DNA of 63,875 nt, the filler included, from Olpidium bornovanus S191 (Eukaryota; Fungi; Olpidiomycota): assembly GCA_017911155.1 (NCBI GenBank). It is 34 parts of 34 records of this genome, joined end to end, with 100 filler letters (N's around TTAATTAATTAA, not from the genome) between each part and the next. Parts side by side here need not be neighbours in the genome. Positions count along the whole stretch, not along the records: positions 62,596 to 63,875 come from JAEFCI010003365.1; 33 more parts are not named here. The stretch is one strand, 5' to 3'. The notes beneath the pieces were generated by a model. The model saw only the letters and a list, made by a program, of their open reading frames with translations. It had not been told where the DNA came from and searched no databases. The stretch's first letter is position 1; every line of letters begins with the position of its first letter. Position numbers and translations under genes: made by a program. Positions 62,808 through 63,875 of the stretch are shown here, one piece after another.

Positions 62808-63525
62808 GGTTTTGTTTGCTCTCGAGGCGGGATGTGGGGGAGGGGGTGGTTTGATCGCAATTCTTCGGGGACGGAAATAGCCACAAACAGAGTGCGGGCG
62901 GAAGGCGAGTGAGGGGGAGGCGGGAGGGGGAGGGGGAGGGAGTAATTAGGGAGAAATTCCACGCGTGGGCAGAAGCTAAGAACTCCGTTTACGTTCGTTT
63001 CGGACGTTATTCCCCGGCCGCGAGAAGAGAGGGGTGGTGGGGGAAGTGCGGAAATTTCAGGGATTTTGGCGGGAGGGGCATGAGTGAGGTCGCGCCCGCG
63101 TGCGCCCGCGTGCGCGCGTCGGCGTTGTAATTATTTTTTTTTTTTTTTTTTTTTCCGGCCGGGAGCGCGCGGCGCCGGCTCGCTTCCGATTGGTGGGCCG
63201 CGCCTTGGAAACCCGCGAAGTTAAGGAAGGGAAAAATCAGCGCCCTCGTGCAGGGAAAAAAAAAAAAAAAAAAAAAAAATCAAAAAAACCGAAAAATAAT
63301 AATAATCGAAAAATAATAATAATAATCTCCAAAGCGGAGCGATAACGAAACCGAAGCGGTGGCCAAGTTGAGCATCGCCCTCGCCGTTGCCTCCGCCATC
63401 GTCGCCGTCGCCGGTAGCACCCCCGGCTTCGCGATGAAAAAAGCATCAGGGGTACCGGTCAATGCAGGGAAGCCGAAGGGTGCTGCATGTTCCCGGGTGT
63501 TCCCGCTGGCGTGAACGGCGGGGGT

Positions 63526-63766
63526 CTGTTCAGCTCCAACTTCCGGAGCGAACCTCGCTCGGGTCTGTCCAGCGGCAATCGGAATAGTGATCGGTATCAC
63601 TTCTTCAGCCATACGCGGGGGGGCCCTGGCGATCCTCCGCGAGAGCCCTTCACCTCTGCGGCCCCCTCGCCCCAGGCCTCAGTTTGCCAAGAGCCGCTTT
63701 TTAGCGCATTCCGCCGACGGACGGCGCAATGTTAGGGACCTGTTCAGCTCCAACTTCCGGAGCGAA
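63526..63766. repeat. Perfect 27-bp direct repeat pair 214 bp apart
   Basis: CTGTTCAGCTCCAACTTCCGGAGCGAA at 63526-63552 and 63740-63766. Confidence 0.95.
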
Positions 63767-63875
63767 TCCGATGCAGCCCGACACAAGGCGGTACAAAACT
63801 CGAACCTCCTGCCTCATCAGCCTGACACCGTCTCCCCCCCCCCCCCCCCCCCCCCGCCCCCCCCCCTCTCACACC

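Overview
This is not one continuous locus. It is 34 short, unrelated eukaryotic genomic contigs (about 1.0-3.4 kb each) joined by 33 identical artificial 100-bp spacers (44 N + TTAATTAATTAA + 44 N), so adjacency across spacers means nothing and most genes are partial. Genes are intron-rich (mainly GT-AG) and GC-rich. A chitin synthase, a hevein/CBM18 protein and the flagellar central-pair protein CFAP46 together point to a flagellated (zoosporic) early-diverging fungus; the species cannot be fixed from sequence alone and contigs could come from more than one organism. Recognisable housekeeping fragments are ERCC8/CSA, RPE1, SEC13, DOLPP1/CAX4, DPH1, MRPL22, eIF4B, an ERMP1-like M28 peptidase, a RABEPK-like kelch protein, an ABCF ATPase, TPP2, SCC3/STAG, RPN5, an SLM1-like PH protein, BMS1 and PIK1. 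All identifications are by eye from remembered motifs, not database searches. Most interesting: (1) a spliced gene fusing bacterial-type repeats, a thrombospondin-1 repeat and a C-type-lectin-like domain (46937-47950); (2) a TET/JBP-like 2OG-Fe(II) dioxygenase with a lesion where the second iron-binding His is expected (8615-9552); (3) a class III nucleotide cyclase exon lacking the catalytic Asn/Arg (34279-34557); (4) 27 of 66 spacer-adjacent contig ends carry CATG. There are also a Tc1/IS630-type transposase relic, a frameshifted WDR76/CMR1 copy, a GC-AG intron and several short duplications. No rRNA, tRNA or CRISPR array was recognised.
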